From a virus (Duplodnaviria; Caudoviricetes), in the IMG/VR virus record IMGVR_UViG_3300049795_000015, positions 1 to 53,319 of that record: 53,319 nucleotides of DNA, one strand, 5' to 3'. The notes beneath the pieces are model-generated. The model had not been told where the DNA came from. It did not search any database and was given only the letters and a program-made list of their open reading frames with translations. Made by a program: the position numbers and the translations under genes. This document shows positions 45,921-53,319 of the stretch, in pieces (position 1 is the stretch's first letter; every line of letters begins with the position of its first letter).

Positions 45921-46522
45921 TTGCTCCGCCGATCAAGCGTTTTGCCTGAACGGCGGTCGGGCGCGGCGAATGCTTTGTTGAGACGATCACCGATCGCCTT
46001 CGCCGAGTCCGGCGTAGTCCACACGACGGTGCGACCCTCCGCGCGATGTACAATCTCAGTGCAGTGTTCGTTGACTTCGCGAAGGAAGAACGTGTCGGCT
46101 AGGGGAGCCGCCACGGGTTCGCCGCCGTCGACGCTGACCGTGCCGGATTGATACTCGTAGAGGAGGGCCTTTCTGAGGTTTGCGGCCCCCTCTAAAATCT
46201 CACGGACCAAGATCACAGCCGCGTCTTCCGTGGCGTCCTCGCTGAAACCGCGAAGGGCCTCGTCGACATGCGGCAGTTCGGAGACCTTAAGCGCAAAAGC
46301 CCAAGACTCGGCTTGCGAAGGGGCTTTAAAGGGAGCGCCGTGGTCGACAAGTACGCCGCCGATGCGAAGGTTGCTGCCTTCGGGTAGCGCCTGGACGTTC
46401 CGAAGCGGCATCGTCGTATGGTAGGAATAGGAGTCCGTCCGTTTGCCCGCCAGTGCGCTTTTCTCACACACTCCGGCTGTCTGACAGCCTGCCGGAAATT
46501 TGCAATCGTTGCAGAAAATCAT
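45917..46522 (-). CDS. Hypothetical protein
   Basis: Start MIFCNDC via ATGA overlap. Confidence 0.6.
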   Translation of the reverse strand: MIFCNDCKFPAGCQTAGVCEKSALAGKRTDSYSYHTTMPLRNVQALPEGSNLRIGGVLVDHGAPFKAPSQAESWAFALKVSELPHVDEALRGFSEDATEDAAVILVREILEGAANLRKALLYEYQSGTVSVDGGEPVAAPLADTFFLREVNEHCTEIVHRAEGRTVVWTTPDSAKAIGDRLNKAFAAPDRRSGKTLDRRSK

Positions 46523-46671
46523 AAAAACACTCCGGTTAAAACCAAGACTGCGACTAGAACTAGAAACGTCGTTGCCGAACGAACCGACGCCGCTTCGGCG
46601 TCTTCTGCGCGTATGCCGAAAAACGCAATTACGCTCCCCAGTGCGAGTAAAAGCGTGATGAGCGCCTTCAC
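46519..46671 (-). CDS. Small 2-TM membrane protein
   Basis: Two hydrophobic helices; GTGA coupling. Confidence 0.55.
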   Translation of the reverse strand: MKALITLLLALGSVIAFFGIRAEDAEAASVRSATTFLVLVAVLVLTGVFL

Positions 46672-47000
46672 GCTTTGACCGCCACGCTTGCGTAGGCACG
46701 AGAGACCCACCCTTCAATGTCCTCGACGGACATCGTTGTGCGTTGCGCGATAGCCCGCACGACGGCTAACTTACGCGCATCGTGCAACAGGTGATACGGC
46801 GTCAGCAGCGCGACGATCTGCCGCTCCGTGCAGAAAAACGCGGTGCCGTCCGCATTCGCCATCTCGAAACCGTGGTGCAGCGCGGCCTCGATCATATACG
46901 ACTGCTTCTCCGTCAGCGTCATTGTCGGCACAGGTGTTGCGATCGCGACCTTGCGAAACTCTTTAATGAGACGCGCTAAACGCAGTAGCCGCGCTTTCAC
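46668..47000 (-). CDS. Hypothetical protein
   Basis: 110 aa, coupled at both ends. Confidence 0.6.
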   Translation of the reverse strand: MKARLLRLARLIKEFRKVAIATPVPTMTLTEKQSYMIEAALHHGFEMANADGTAFFCTERQIVALLTPYHLLHDARKLAVVRAIAQRTTMSVEDIEGWVSRAYASVAVKA

Positions 47001-47227
47001 GATGCAGCCTCAGGCGCCGGCAACATCGCTCTCAATTCGCGCACTGGCAGGCCGGTCATCTCGCTCCAGCGGACCAACAGACTCGCCCCGACCGGCAGCG
47101 CACCTCGGCGCACGTGGCCGATATGCGGCGGGGAGACGCCCGTCGCCTCCGCGAACGCGGCGTCCGTCTTGATGCCGAAACCTTCCTTCAAGAAATCGAG
47201 CAACTTGTGCGGCGTAACTTTTTTCAT
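46997..47227 (-). CDS. HTH DNA-binding protein
   Basis: KTDAAFAEATGVSPPHIGHVRRG..VGASLL. Confidence 0.75.
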   Translation of the reverse strand: MKKVTPHKLLDFLKEGFGIKTDAAFAEATGVSPPHIGHVRRGALPVGASLLVRWSEMTGLPVRELRAMLPAPEAAS

Positions 47228-47409
47228 TTTGCCTTCCTTCGGTTTTTGATTTTCTCATCGCACGAATCGCAAATGTGTCCGTGCCTCCCATTAGCCCGCA
47301 TCTTGGGCCTCACTTGGCCTGACGGCTTCGGTGAACAACACCAGTTGCAGCCGGTAGTACCCATCGCCTTGTCCACGGCGTCTCGCACGACCTTGTGCAA
47401 GCGCCTCAC
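47224..47409 (-). CDS. Small Zn-finger protein
   Basis: CNWC...ICDSC; GTGA coupling. Confidence 0.55.
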   Translation of the reverse strand: MRRLHKVVRDAVDKAMGTTGCNWCCSPKPSGQVRPKMRANGRHGHICDSCDEKIKNRRKAK

Positions 47410-47633
47410 CACGGGAGCGCCGATCGCAGACGTTCGCGGAACGGCGGCGCAGGTTTGCCCAACAACGCCAACTGCAAACGCTCGTCGTCGGCCGACTGAT
47501 CCGGGTAACACTCTTCAAGTCGACCGCTCGCAGTCCGCAGTACCGTTCGCCCGCTCGGCGCACGGCTCGAAATCTTGACGCCTTTAACCGCGAATCCGGG
47601 TGCCGTGGCGCATAGTTTTATCGTTGGACTCAT
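47406..47633 (-). CDS. Hypothetical protein
   Basis: ATGA coupling; D.ERLQLALL. Confidence 0.55.
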   Translation of the reverse strand: MSPTIKLCATAPGFAVKGVKISSRAPSGRTVLRTASGRLEECYPDQSADDERLQLALLGKPAPPFRERLRSALPW

Positions 47634-48073
47634 GCGGGAAGCGCTCTGTCGAGATGTTCGATGAGGTACTTCGCGTAAGTCGCGAGAAACGTGTTGCCGT
47701 CGAAGGTAAATTCGGCGAGTCCACAACCGACCGCCGTGTTGTACGTTTCTTGAAAACGCTTGAGAGCGGGGCGATCGAACTGGACGAACCGTTGGCCCCT
47801 GCCCTCAGGATCGACGCGGGCTATCTCGTCGGGACTCACTGCCTGCGCGTTCTCCGTGCCGTCGAATTTGACCCATAGGAACCCCGGCATACCCGTTGCC
47901 CCTTGTACGAAGCCGCCTGTCTCGCGTTCGACCGGATCGCGCAACTTCGCCGGGTCTCCGATGAATACGACACGATCGCCGTCGTTAAAATCGAGCTGCA
48001 TGTGCTTCTCCCGAAAAGGCAAAACCATTTCACAAAACCGTTTTGCGTAAGGCGCTTCGTTGTTACGCGTCAT
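47630..48073 (-). CDS. Hypothetical protein with SH3-like segment
   Basis: FNDGDRVVF..G.V...WVKFD; C-terminal FTFDG..LATYAKYLIEHL. Confidence 0.7.
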   Translation of the reverse strand: MTRNNEAPYAKRFCEMVLPFREKHMQLDFNDGDRVVFIGDPAKLRDPVERETGGFVQGATGMPGFLWVKFDGTENAQAVSPDEIARVDPEGRGQRFVQFDRPALKRFQETYNTAVGCGLAEFTFDGNTFLATYAKYLIEHLDRALPA

Positions 48074-48375
48074 TGTGCATCCTCGACCCGGCTAAGACCG
48101 ACGCCGACGACTACGTTGCCGGCCGACGTGACGGACACCAAGGTCTCCATCATATACGCACGACCGGGGTGCACTTGTCTCACTCTCGACGTGGTGCATG
48201 TTGCATCGCTCCATAGGCTCCGCTTGGTGCGATCGATCGCCGCAGCGATCGGTTCCTCGTCGTCTATCTCGACCTCGCGTACTTTCCAGTGGTGCCCGCC
48301 TATCGGCAGGGCCGCTACCTGCGCTACCTGCGACAGCGTGCGCCGGCTCCGCTTGGTGGGGTCTGCTGACATCAT
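48070..48375 (-). CDS. Hypothetical protein
   Basis: GGAGA RBS; first gene of the leftward operon. Confidence 0.65.
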   Translation of the reverse strand: MMSADPTKRSRRTLSQVAQVAALPIGGHHWKVREVEIDDEEPIAAAIDRTKRSLWSDATCTTSRVRQVHPGRAYMMETLVSVTSAGNVVVGVGLSRVEDAQ

Positions 48376-48415
48376 CGTAATCTCCGTGTACTGCGTGTTC
48401 TGCTTCGATGTCCGT

Positions 48416-48445
48416 AAGGTATCAGGTTGATAAATGCGCTGTCAA
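48416..48445 (-). promoter_or_regulatory. Sigma70-like promoter, leftward
   Basis: TTGACA-18 bp-TACCTT with extended TGn. Confidence 0.6.
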
Positions 48446-48960
48446 GGGGTTACGTCAAATATTTTTAGGAATTCGCCCAAGGGGCAAAGTAGCAGAGCGA
48501 CATCGGGGTCCCTGTTAAGAGCGTTTAGGTACGCTCGAACGGCCCGTTACGGCGGGAGGATTGCACCGTGGCGAGCGTTGCGGCGGTGCCCGGGACGTGG
48601 TGCGTTGATCGACCTGGTTGCACCACTTGGCGCGCGGCGCCCTGGTCGTGTTGCCGTAGTGCGACTTGCCCCCTGGACTTGCGCCCTTGCGTCCTTGAGC
48701 GCGATGCCGCGTAATGTCGTACGGCCTTTTGTTTTCTCAGGCCGTTTCAGAAAATTTTGGGGTCAACGGCAAGTGGCAAAGTAGCAGCGCGATTTCCGAA
48801 AAACACGTACGCCCGGGGGGCGCCCGTTCACCCTGGCGAATTACCTACGTCGGAATGACCGTCTGGGACGTTGCTAGAAACGGTGATGTTGTCGAAAAAA
48901 CATCGTTTGTTAGTTTCTAGCAACGCGTTGAAAATAGTTGCGCCTGGTCGCAAAAAGCGC

Positions 48961-48989
48961 TTGTGAAACAGCGTAACTAGTTCTATGCT
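48961..48989 (+). promoter_or_regulatory. Sigma70-like promoter, rightward
   Basis: TTGTGA-17 bp-TATGCT with an A-tract upstream. Confidence 0.55.
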
Positions 48990-49025
48990 TAAGCCGTGGT
49001 CAAAACATTTACTGGGAGATTTGAA

Positions 49026-49091
49026 ATGCTTGGAATTTTGCTCATTACGCTTGCGATTGAAGTCGCTATTTATTGGAGGTCCAAACTGTGA
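49026..49091 (+). CDS. 21-aa hydrophobic peptide
   Basis: GGGAGA RBS; MLGILLITLAIEVAIYWRSKL. Confidence 0.45.
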   Translation: MLGILLITLAIEVAIYWRSKL

Positions 49092-49202
49092 ACCCTTTTA
49101 TTTTTTACCGCGTAACGCGTGGTTTGCCCTACGGTATCGCGCACGGTTCTAACTACCTTGCCGCTTACTATTTCCTTCAGATTGAAGAGGTGTAAAAAGC
49201 GC

Positions 49203-49231
49203 TTGACAGTGTAACTAGCAACGAGCACAAT
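49203..49231 (+). promoter_or_regulatory. Sigma70-like promoter, rightward
   Basis: TTGACA-17 bp-CACAAT with an A-tract upstream. Confidence 0.55.
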
Positions 49232-49265
49232 ACCGATTCTTAATTACGTTACAGGAGTTTCCGAA

Positions 49266-50126
49266 ATGAAAGCATTGATACACGGGTATGTTTTCGATAC
49301 GCGCAACGCGGACGAAAACGACGCATACAAAGAGTTGTGCAAACGGTTGAAAAGCCTCGGCCTAAAATGTTTTGAGACGCACGGGGGTGCGTCACATTGT
49401 TTCCCTTTCACCTTAGGGGTGAATCGCGATAGTGGCGTTGAGATTGAATTGGAAACGGCACATCTGTTCGATAATCAATGGAATACCGCACCTATCGAGG
49501 GCGTTTCCGAATCGGGTTTGCGCGTGTTCGATTGGGCGCAAGATTACAACCCCCACGGCAATAAACATCTCAAGCGCGGGCACTGGCTAGATCAAACCGA
49601 AGATATGCGTGAGGCGCGGCGCAATACTTGCGCATGCGGGTATTGCGGCAAACAAGAACCCTCACAGAAAGGGTATGTGTTTTGTCCTCATTGCATCGGC
49701 TCAGAATACTTAAAGGCGTCCGACCTATATTTGACACGCATGCAGCGTGTCGACATCCGCAAGAGTCGCGCACCGCTTACTCAGTCCGAAAGCGAGTATC
49801 TACTTCCGTTTTATCGGGAGGCGCAACTGCACGGACGTACCGAACAGGACAAAAAGCGAATTGCGAAAGAACGCGAAGATTTAGAATCGTCCTACAAAAA
49901 AGCGGTATACGTTGCCAAGGTTGAGCACGACGGTTTTTTGTGGTTCATGGATCGCGGTATCAGAACCGATAACCTTATTTACTATGCACACACTGACCGT
50001 TTTTGCTTCGGTTGGCGTAATCCGATAGACGCGGAAATGCTTTCCGGCGTTCTCGAAGTTATCTCTGAGTTTCCGTTTTCGTACGATATTAAGTGCGCCG
50101 ACGGTCAAACCCGCTCAGGAGATTAG
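49266..50126 (+). CDS. Early protein with Zn finger
   Basis: AGGAG RBS; CGYCG..FCPHC. Confidence 0.8.
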   Translation: MKALIHGYVFDTRNADENDAYKELCKRLKSLGLKCFETHGGASHCFPFTLGVNRDSGVEIELETAHLFDNQWNTAPIEGVSESGLRVFDWAQDYNPHGNKHLKRGHWLDQTEDMREARRNTCACGYCGKQEPSQKGYVFCPHCIGSEYLKASDLYLTRMQRVDIRKSRAPLTQSESEYLLPFYREAQLHGRTEQDKKRIAKEREDLESSYKKAVYVAKVEHDGFLWFMDRGIRTDNLIYYAHTDRFCFGWRNPIDAEMLSGVLEVISEFPFSYDIKCADGQTRSGD

Positions 50127-50129
50127 ACC

Positions 50130-50318
50130 ATGAATAACGCGGGAGACCGATTTATAGCAGGGTGGAACATGCCCGGATATCTGCCCGATTCCGAACCGTC
50201 TATTTTTTGCGACCTTGGCGACGCGCTTGCAGGTCCGTGCTCGATTGGAGCGCACTGTCTTGTGCTCGTCAAAATAAAGGGGATTAGATCATGTCCGCAC
50301 CACGATATTTGCAATTGA
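50130..50318 (+). CDS. Hypothetical protein
   Basis: AGGAGA RBS; AGWNMPGYLPDSEP. Confidence 0.55.
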   Translation: MNNAGDRFIAGWNMPGYLPDSEPSIFCDLGDALAGPCSIGAHCLVLVKIKGIRSCPHHDICN

Positions 50319-50977
50319 ATAAAGGCGGATCGTACGCACGCCTCGCTATCTTGCGCAGTCTATCGATACAAAGCAGGGACGGTTTTAAACCTCCGTCCAT
50401 GTCGCTTGCAACGTGGCGCGACGCGAGACAATGGACGTTCGGCAATTGGCGCGCTGCATTTGGCGAACTAGCGCAAGGGTTCAACGGTGAAGGATACGCG
50501 CGCAAAGCGATTTGGTACGCGCACACAGGCGAACAATTCCGCAATGAACGCGACGCGAACGACATAGACGGCGCGCGAGGGTATGCCGGATGGTTCACCG
50601 ATGCTTATGGCGATGAAAAAGCTATAGGCATTGTGGGCATGTTGACGCACGGGCGCTATGTTGCGGGGTATCGCTGGACCAGCAACGACGAACGCGTTTA
50701 TTTTGACGAGGTTTTTTCCGATGAGGTCGACGCGGCAAAATATGCGGACCAATGCGCGGAAAGTTTCGCAGAGAAAGAGCGCGACTATTCCGAACAATGG
50801 CAAGCGGCGCGCGCATTGGAGGATGCAACGGAAGACGCACTAACTCGATTGCGTGAGTGCATCGCTTTGCGCCATGTTCAATGTATGCAATACGTGCGCG
50901 ATGAGGCGCGCGGATTGGTTGAAACTATCCGCGCCAATCGTGAGAAGTTGCGCACAGATTACAAAGATTATGCGTAA
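50291..50977 (+). CDS. Hypothetical early protein
   Basis: 228 aa; GWFTD, AA..AD..AE..AE.ERDY. Confidence 0.75.
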   Translation: MSAPRYLQLNKGGSYARLAILRSLSIQSRDGFKPPSMSLATWRDARQWTFGNWRAAFGELAQGFNGEGYARKAIWYAHTGEQFRNERDANDIDGARGYAGWFTDAYGDEKAIGIVGMLTHGRYVAGYRWTSNDERVYFDEVFSDEVDAAKYADQCAESFAEKERDYSEQWQAARALEDATEDALTRLRECIALRHVQCMQYVRDEARGLVETIRANREKLRTDYKDYA

Positions 50978-51053
50978 CTTTTTCGCGGGGTTATTAGCTG
51001 GCGTCGCGATGTTCGCACCTACACTTGTCGCAATTTTCCTAAAGGCTTTTTGA
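50970..51053 (+). CDS. 27-aa hydrophobic peptide
   Basis: MRNFFAGLLAGVAMFAPTLVAIFLKAF fills the gap between two genes. Confidence 0.45.
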   Translation: MRNFFAGLLAGVAMFAPTLVAIFLKAF

Positions 51054-51055
51054 TC

Positions 51056-51370
51056 ATGGACATTAACAAGATTTTGCGCGCCAATATGCGCAACTGTTCG
51101 CGCGGCGCACCCATGGGTGATAGTAATTTTCGGGACACTGAATCCCGGCTGTATCTGCAAGCGATTCGCTTTGTGGAGGGCGACTATGCGCCCGATGCAA
51201 CCTACTGGGGAGGGGGCTTCGGCAGCAAACGTCTTTACTGTGCGTTCAATGGTGAAGATGCAGATTTTGCACCTGCTATGGGCGCTCGAATTTACGTGCG
51301 CGCAAAGAACCGTGCCGAGGCGAAACGCGAAATATCGGAGATGTACCCCGATGCAAAATTCTATAGGTGA
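51056..51370 (+). CDS. Hypothetical early protein
   Basis: RGAPMG, GDY...YWG, VRAKNRAEAK. Confidence 0.75.
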   Translation: MDINKILRANMRNCSRGAPMGDSNFRDTESRLYLQAIRFVEGDYAPDATYWGGGFGSKRLYCAFNGEDADFAPAMGARIYVRAKNRAEAKREISEMYPDAKFYR

Positions 51371-51374
51371 GAAA

Positions 51375-51749
51375 ATGAGAACCGTATTCCAATCCGATAC
51401 CGGCGATTTGGTCCGCCGATCTGACTGCAAGGTGGTACGCGAGAAATACTCCTATACGTTCTCGCGTATTGAAAACTCGCTGCAGCTACGCGCGACGCTA
51501 CGTAATCCAAAATACACATACGGTGGATATCCTCTGTTCCTCATTTTCGGAGATGGTGAACCGTGCTGTTTTGACTGTGCGCGGAAAGAGTTTAAGCGGA
51601 TCGCGCGCGACATGAGAGAAGGTTACGACGCATCGTTTCGTATCGTCGCATGTGATATTAACTATGAGTGCAATGATTTATTTTGCGCACATTGCAATAC
51701 GAAAATCGAATCCGCTTATAGGGGAGGTGATGATGATGAGAACCTATAA
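51375..51749 (+). CDS. Zn-binding early protein
   Basis: GGYPLF..DGE..C..C...INYE..L.C..C..IESAY. Confidence 0.75.
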   Translation: MRTVFQSDTGDLVRRSDCKVVREKYSYTFSRIENSLQLRATLRNPKYTYGGYPLFLIFGDGEPCCFDCARKEFKRIARDMREGYDASFRIVACDINYECNDLFCAHCNTKIESAYRGGDDDENL

Positions 51750-51894
51750 AACATATGTTCGATTCGGTTTCATAATAACCCGTTCGTGCGGGGTCGACGC
51801 ACCGTGGCGCGGATGGAAGGATGGGGTTTCTTTCCGCGCTGATACGCTGCATGGCGCATTTTATTTAGCTAAGGAATACAACCATGCTAACTAA
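51730..51894 (+). CDS. Small hypothetical protein
   Basis: GGAGG RBS; FRADTL. Confidence 0.5.
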   Translation: MMMRTYKTYVRFGFIITRSCGVDAPWRGWKDGVSFRADTLHGAFYLAKEYNHAN

Positions 51895-51967
51895 AATTGC
51901 GCTCTACGCCCTTGCGGAATTACTCGCGACTGCATCCCTTGTTTTCGTTGTTTTGACCTTAGGGTGA
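51884..51967 (+). CDS. 27-aa hydrophobic peptide
   Basis: AAGGA RBS; MLTKIALYALAELLATASLVFVVLTLG. Confidence 0.45.
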   Translation: MLTKIALYALAELLATASLVFVVLTLG

Positions 51968-51970
51968 CAC

Positions 51971-52132
51971 ATGGAACTGTATAACCTGTTCTGTGTCGCG
52001 CTTGTCGCGTTGCTAGGCGGCGCAACGGTAAAACACTTTTGGCCGTTTACCTGCTATCGGCTTGTCGTTGCTATCGTGTTAGTATTGTTGCTAGCATCGA
52101 TTGCTAAATTCGTTTTAACTAAGGGAGAATGA
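51971..52132 (+). CDS. 53-aa 2-TM peptide
   Basis: Two hydrophobic helices; in operon order. Confidence 0.5.
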   Translation: MELYNLFCVALVALLGGATVKHFWPFTCYRLVVAIVLVLLLASIAKFVLTKGE

Positions 52133-52135
52133 CAA

Positions 52136-52888
52136 ATGCTTAAGAACTTGAAACGCATAACGGGCTTGAGGGGCAACGTGTCAGGCTTGAGGGGCTACGT
52201 GTCAGGCTTGACGGGCGACGTGTCAGGCTTGACGGGCAACGTGTCCCGCTACTTGACGGGCAACGTGTCAGGCTTGACGGGCGACGTGTCGGGCTTGACG
52301 GGCGACGTGTCAGGCTTGACGGGCTACGTGTCAGGCTTGACGGGCGACGTGTCAGGCTTGACGGGCGACGTGTCCCGCTTGAGGGGCAACGTGTCAGGCT
52401 TGACGGGCGACGTGTCAGGCTTGACGGGCAACGTGTCAGGCTTGACGGGCGACGTGTCAGGCTTGACGGGCAACGTGTCCCGCTACTTGACGGGCGACGT
52501 GTCAGGCTTGACGGGCGACGTGTCCCGCTTGAGGGGCAACGTGTCAGGCTTGACGGGCGACGTGTCAGGCTTGAGGGGCAACGTGTCAGGCTTGAGGGGC
52601 AACGTGTCAGGCTTGACGGGCGACGTGTCAGGCTTGACGGGCAACGTGTCCCGCTACTTGACGGGCAACGTGTCAGGCTTGAGGGGCGACGTGTCCGGCT
52701 TGACGGGCGACGTGTCGGGCTTGACGGGCGACGTGTCGGGCTTGAGGGGCGACGTGTCCGGCTTGACGGGCGACGTGTCGGGCTTGACGGGCGACGTGTC
52801 GGGCTTGACGGGCGACGTGGACCTTTGCGACTTGAGCGAAGAGGAACGCGCTACAGGCGTTGACGTTACAAATCTAATTGGAGAATAA
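52136..52888 (+). CDS. Heptapeptide-repeat protein (GL[T/R]G[D/N]VS, ~31 copies)
   Basis: 21-bp tandem repeat kept in frame; GGGAGA RBS; short unique termini. Confidence 0.8.
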   Translation: MLKNLKRITGLRGNVSGLRGYVSGLTGDVSGLTGNVSRYLTGNVSGLTGDVSGLTGDVSGLTGYVSGLTGDVSGLTGDVSRLRGNVSGLTGDVSGLTGNVSGLTGDVSGLTGNVSRYLTGDVSGLTGDVSRLRGNVSGLTGDVSGLRGNVSGLRGNVSGLTGDVSGLTGNVSRYLTGNVSGLRGDVSGLTGDVSGLTGDVSGLRGDVSGLTGDVSGLTGDVSGLTGDVDLCDLSEEERATGVDVTNLIGE

Positions 52889-52894
52889 CGCATC

Positions 52895-53122
52895 ATGGTC
52901 AAACCACTTATTGTTTCACAAGGTCCAAAAACCGCGAATGAACGCGTTAGCGCATACCGCCAGCGAAATATCAAACAAGGCGGTCGCACGATCTACGGCA
53001 ACATTCAAGCCGAGGCAAACGTAGCGCTCGAAGCCATCATGGAGAAGAAGGGCTATTCCCTTGTGGGCGCTATCGAATACGCCTTACTTCGCACTGCTAA
53101 GGACGTAAATCGAACACGCTAG
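52895..53122 (+). CDS. Putative ribbon-helix-helix DNA-binding protein
   Basis: KTANERVSAYRQR..GGR, then a strand and two helices (AIEYAL). Confidence 0.55.
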   Translation: MVKPLIVSQGPKTANERVSAYRQRNIKQGGRTIYGNIQAEANVALEAIMEKKGYSLVGAIEYALLRTAKDVNRTR

Positions 53123-53150
53123 CATCGATCGCTAAATTCGTTTTAACGCG

Positions 53151-53179
53151 AAAGGCCCGCTATATGCGGGCTTTGTTTT
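53151..53179 (+). terminator. Rho-independent terminator
   Basis: AAAGGCCCGC-TATAT-GCGGGCTTT plus T-rich tail. Confidence 0.75.
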
Positions 53180-53181
53180 GT

Positions 53182-53319
53182 GCGCTACCCTCACCAGGCT
53201 GACAGTCAGGCGCTACCCTCACCACGCTGACAGTCAGGCGCTACCCTCACCACGCTGACAGTCAGGCGCTACCCTCACCACGCTGACAGTCAGGCGCTAC
53301 CCTCACCACGCTGACAGTC
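53182..53319. repeat. 28-bp tandem repeat array, ~5 copies; continuous with 1-242
   Basis: Same unit as at the window start. Confidence 0.97.

Larger units (their letters stand above)
52090..53147 (+). repeat. 30-bp direct repeat pair (52090-52119 and 53118-53147)
   Basis: GCTAGCATCGAT(T/C)GCTAAATTCGTTTTAAC, 29/30 identical. Confidence 0.9.

Noticed and set aside
48434-48920. ORFs in the divergent intergenic region
   Set aside because: No RBS, Arg/Pro-rich non-protein-like composition, and one overlaps the leftward promoter.
52160-52820. Common origin of the 21-bp coding repeat and the 28-bp array
   Set aside because: They share only short words (GTCAGGC, TGAC), which is insufficient evidence.
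1-53319. Lysogeny module, tRNA or rRNA genes
   Set aside because: No integrase, CI-type repressor or ParA motifs and no cloverleaf noticed by eye; a tRNAscan/Infernal run would be needed to exclude RNA genes.

Overview
The window appears to be an essentially complete ~53 kb lytic siphophage genome with Casjensviridae (chi/Nazgul-like) organisation. Both window ends fall inside the same 28-bp tandem array, so it is probably a circular assembly opened in that repeat. Gene order: candidate lambda-like cos site (~516-527); leftward primase-helicase operon with NADAR-like and C5-methyltransferase-like genes; rightward replication module (DUF2800 nuclease, SSB, PolA, VRR-NUC, SNF2 helicase); lambda-type packaging and head genes (terS, terL, gpW, portal, S49 protease/scaffold, decoration, major capsid); tail genes with a -1 frameshifted chaperone; lysis cassette with embedded spanins; a leftward accessory operon (HNH, papain-like protease, MazG-like, cupin-like); and a rightward early operon ending in a heptad-repeat protein and an RHH-like protein. 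No integrase, tRNA or CRISPR array was seen. The strongest observation is a dual-coding intein in the DNA polymerase: its own frame carries no endonuclease, only a Ser/Thr-rich filler, while an HNH-family endonuclease is encoded in an overlapping frame nested between the splicing blocks. TerL carries a second, class 3 (Ala1, W-C-T) LAGLIDADG intein in its Walker A motif. All family calls are from motif recognition by eye, not database searches.
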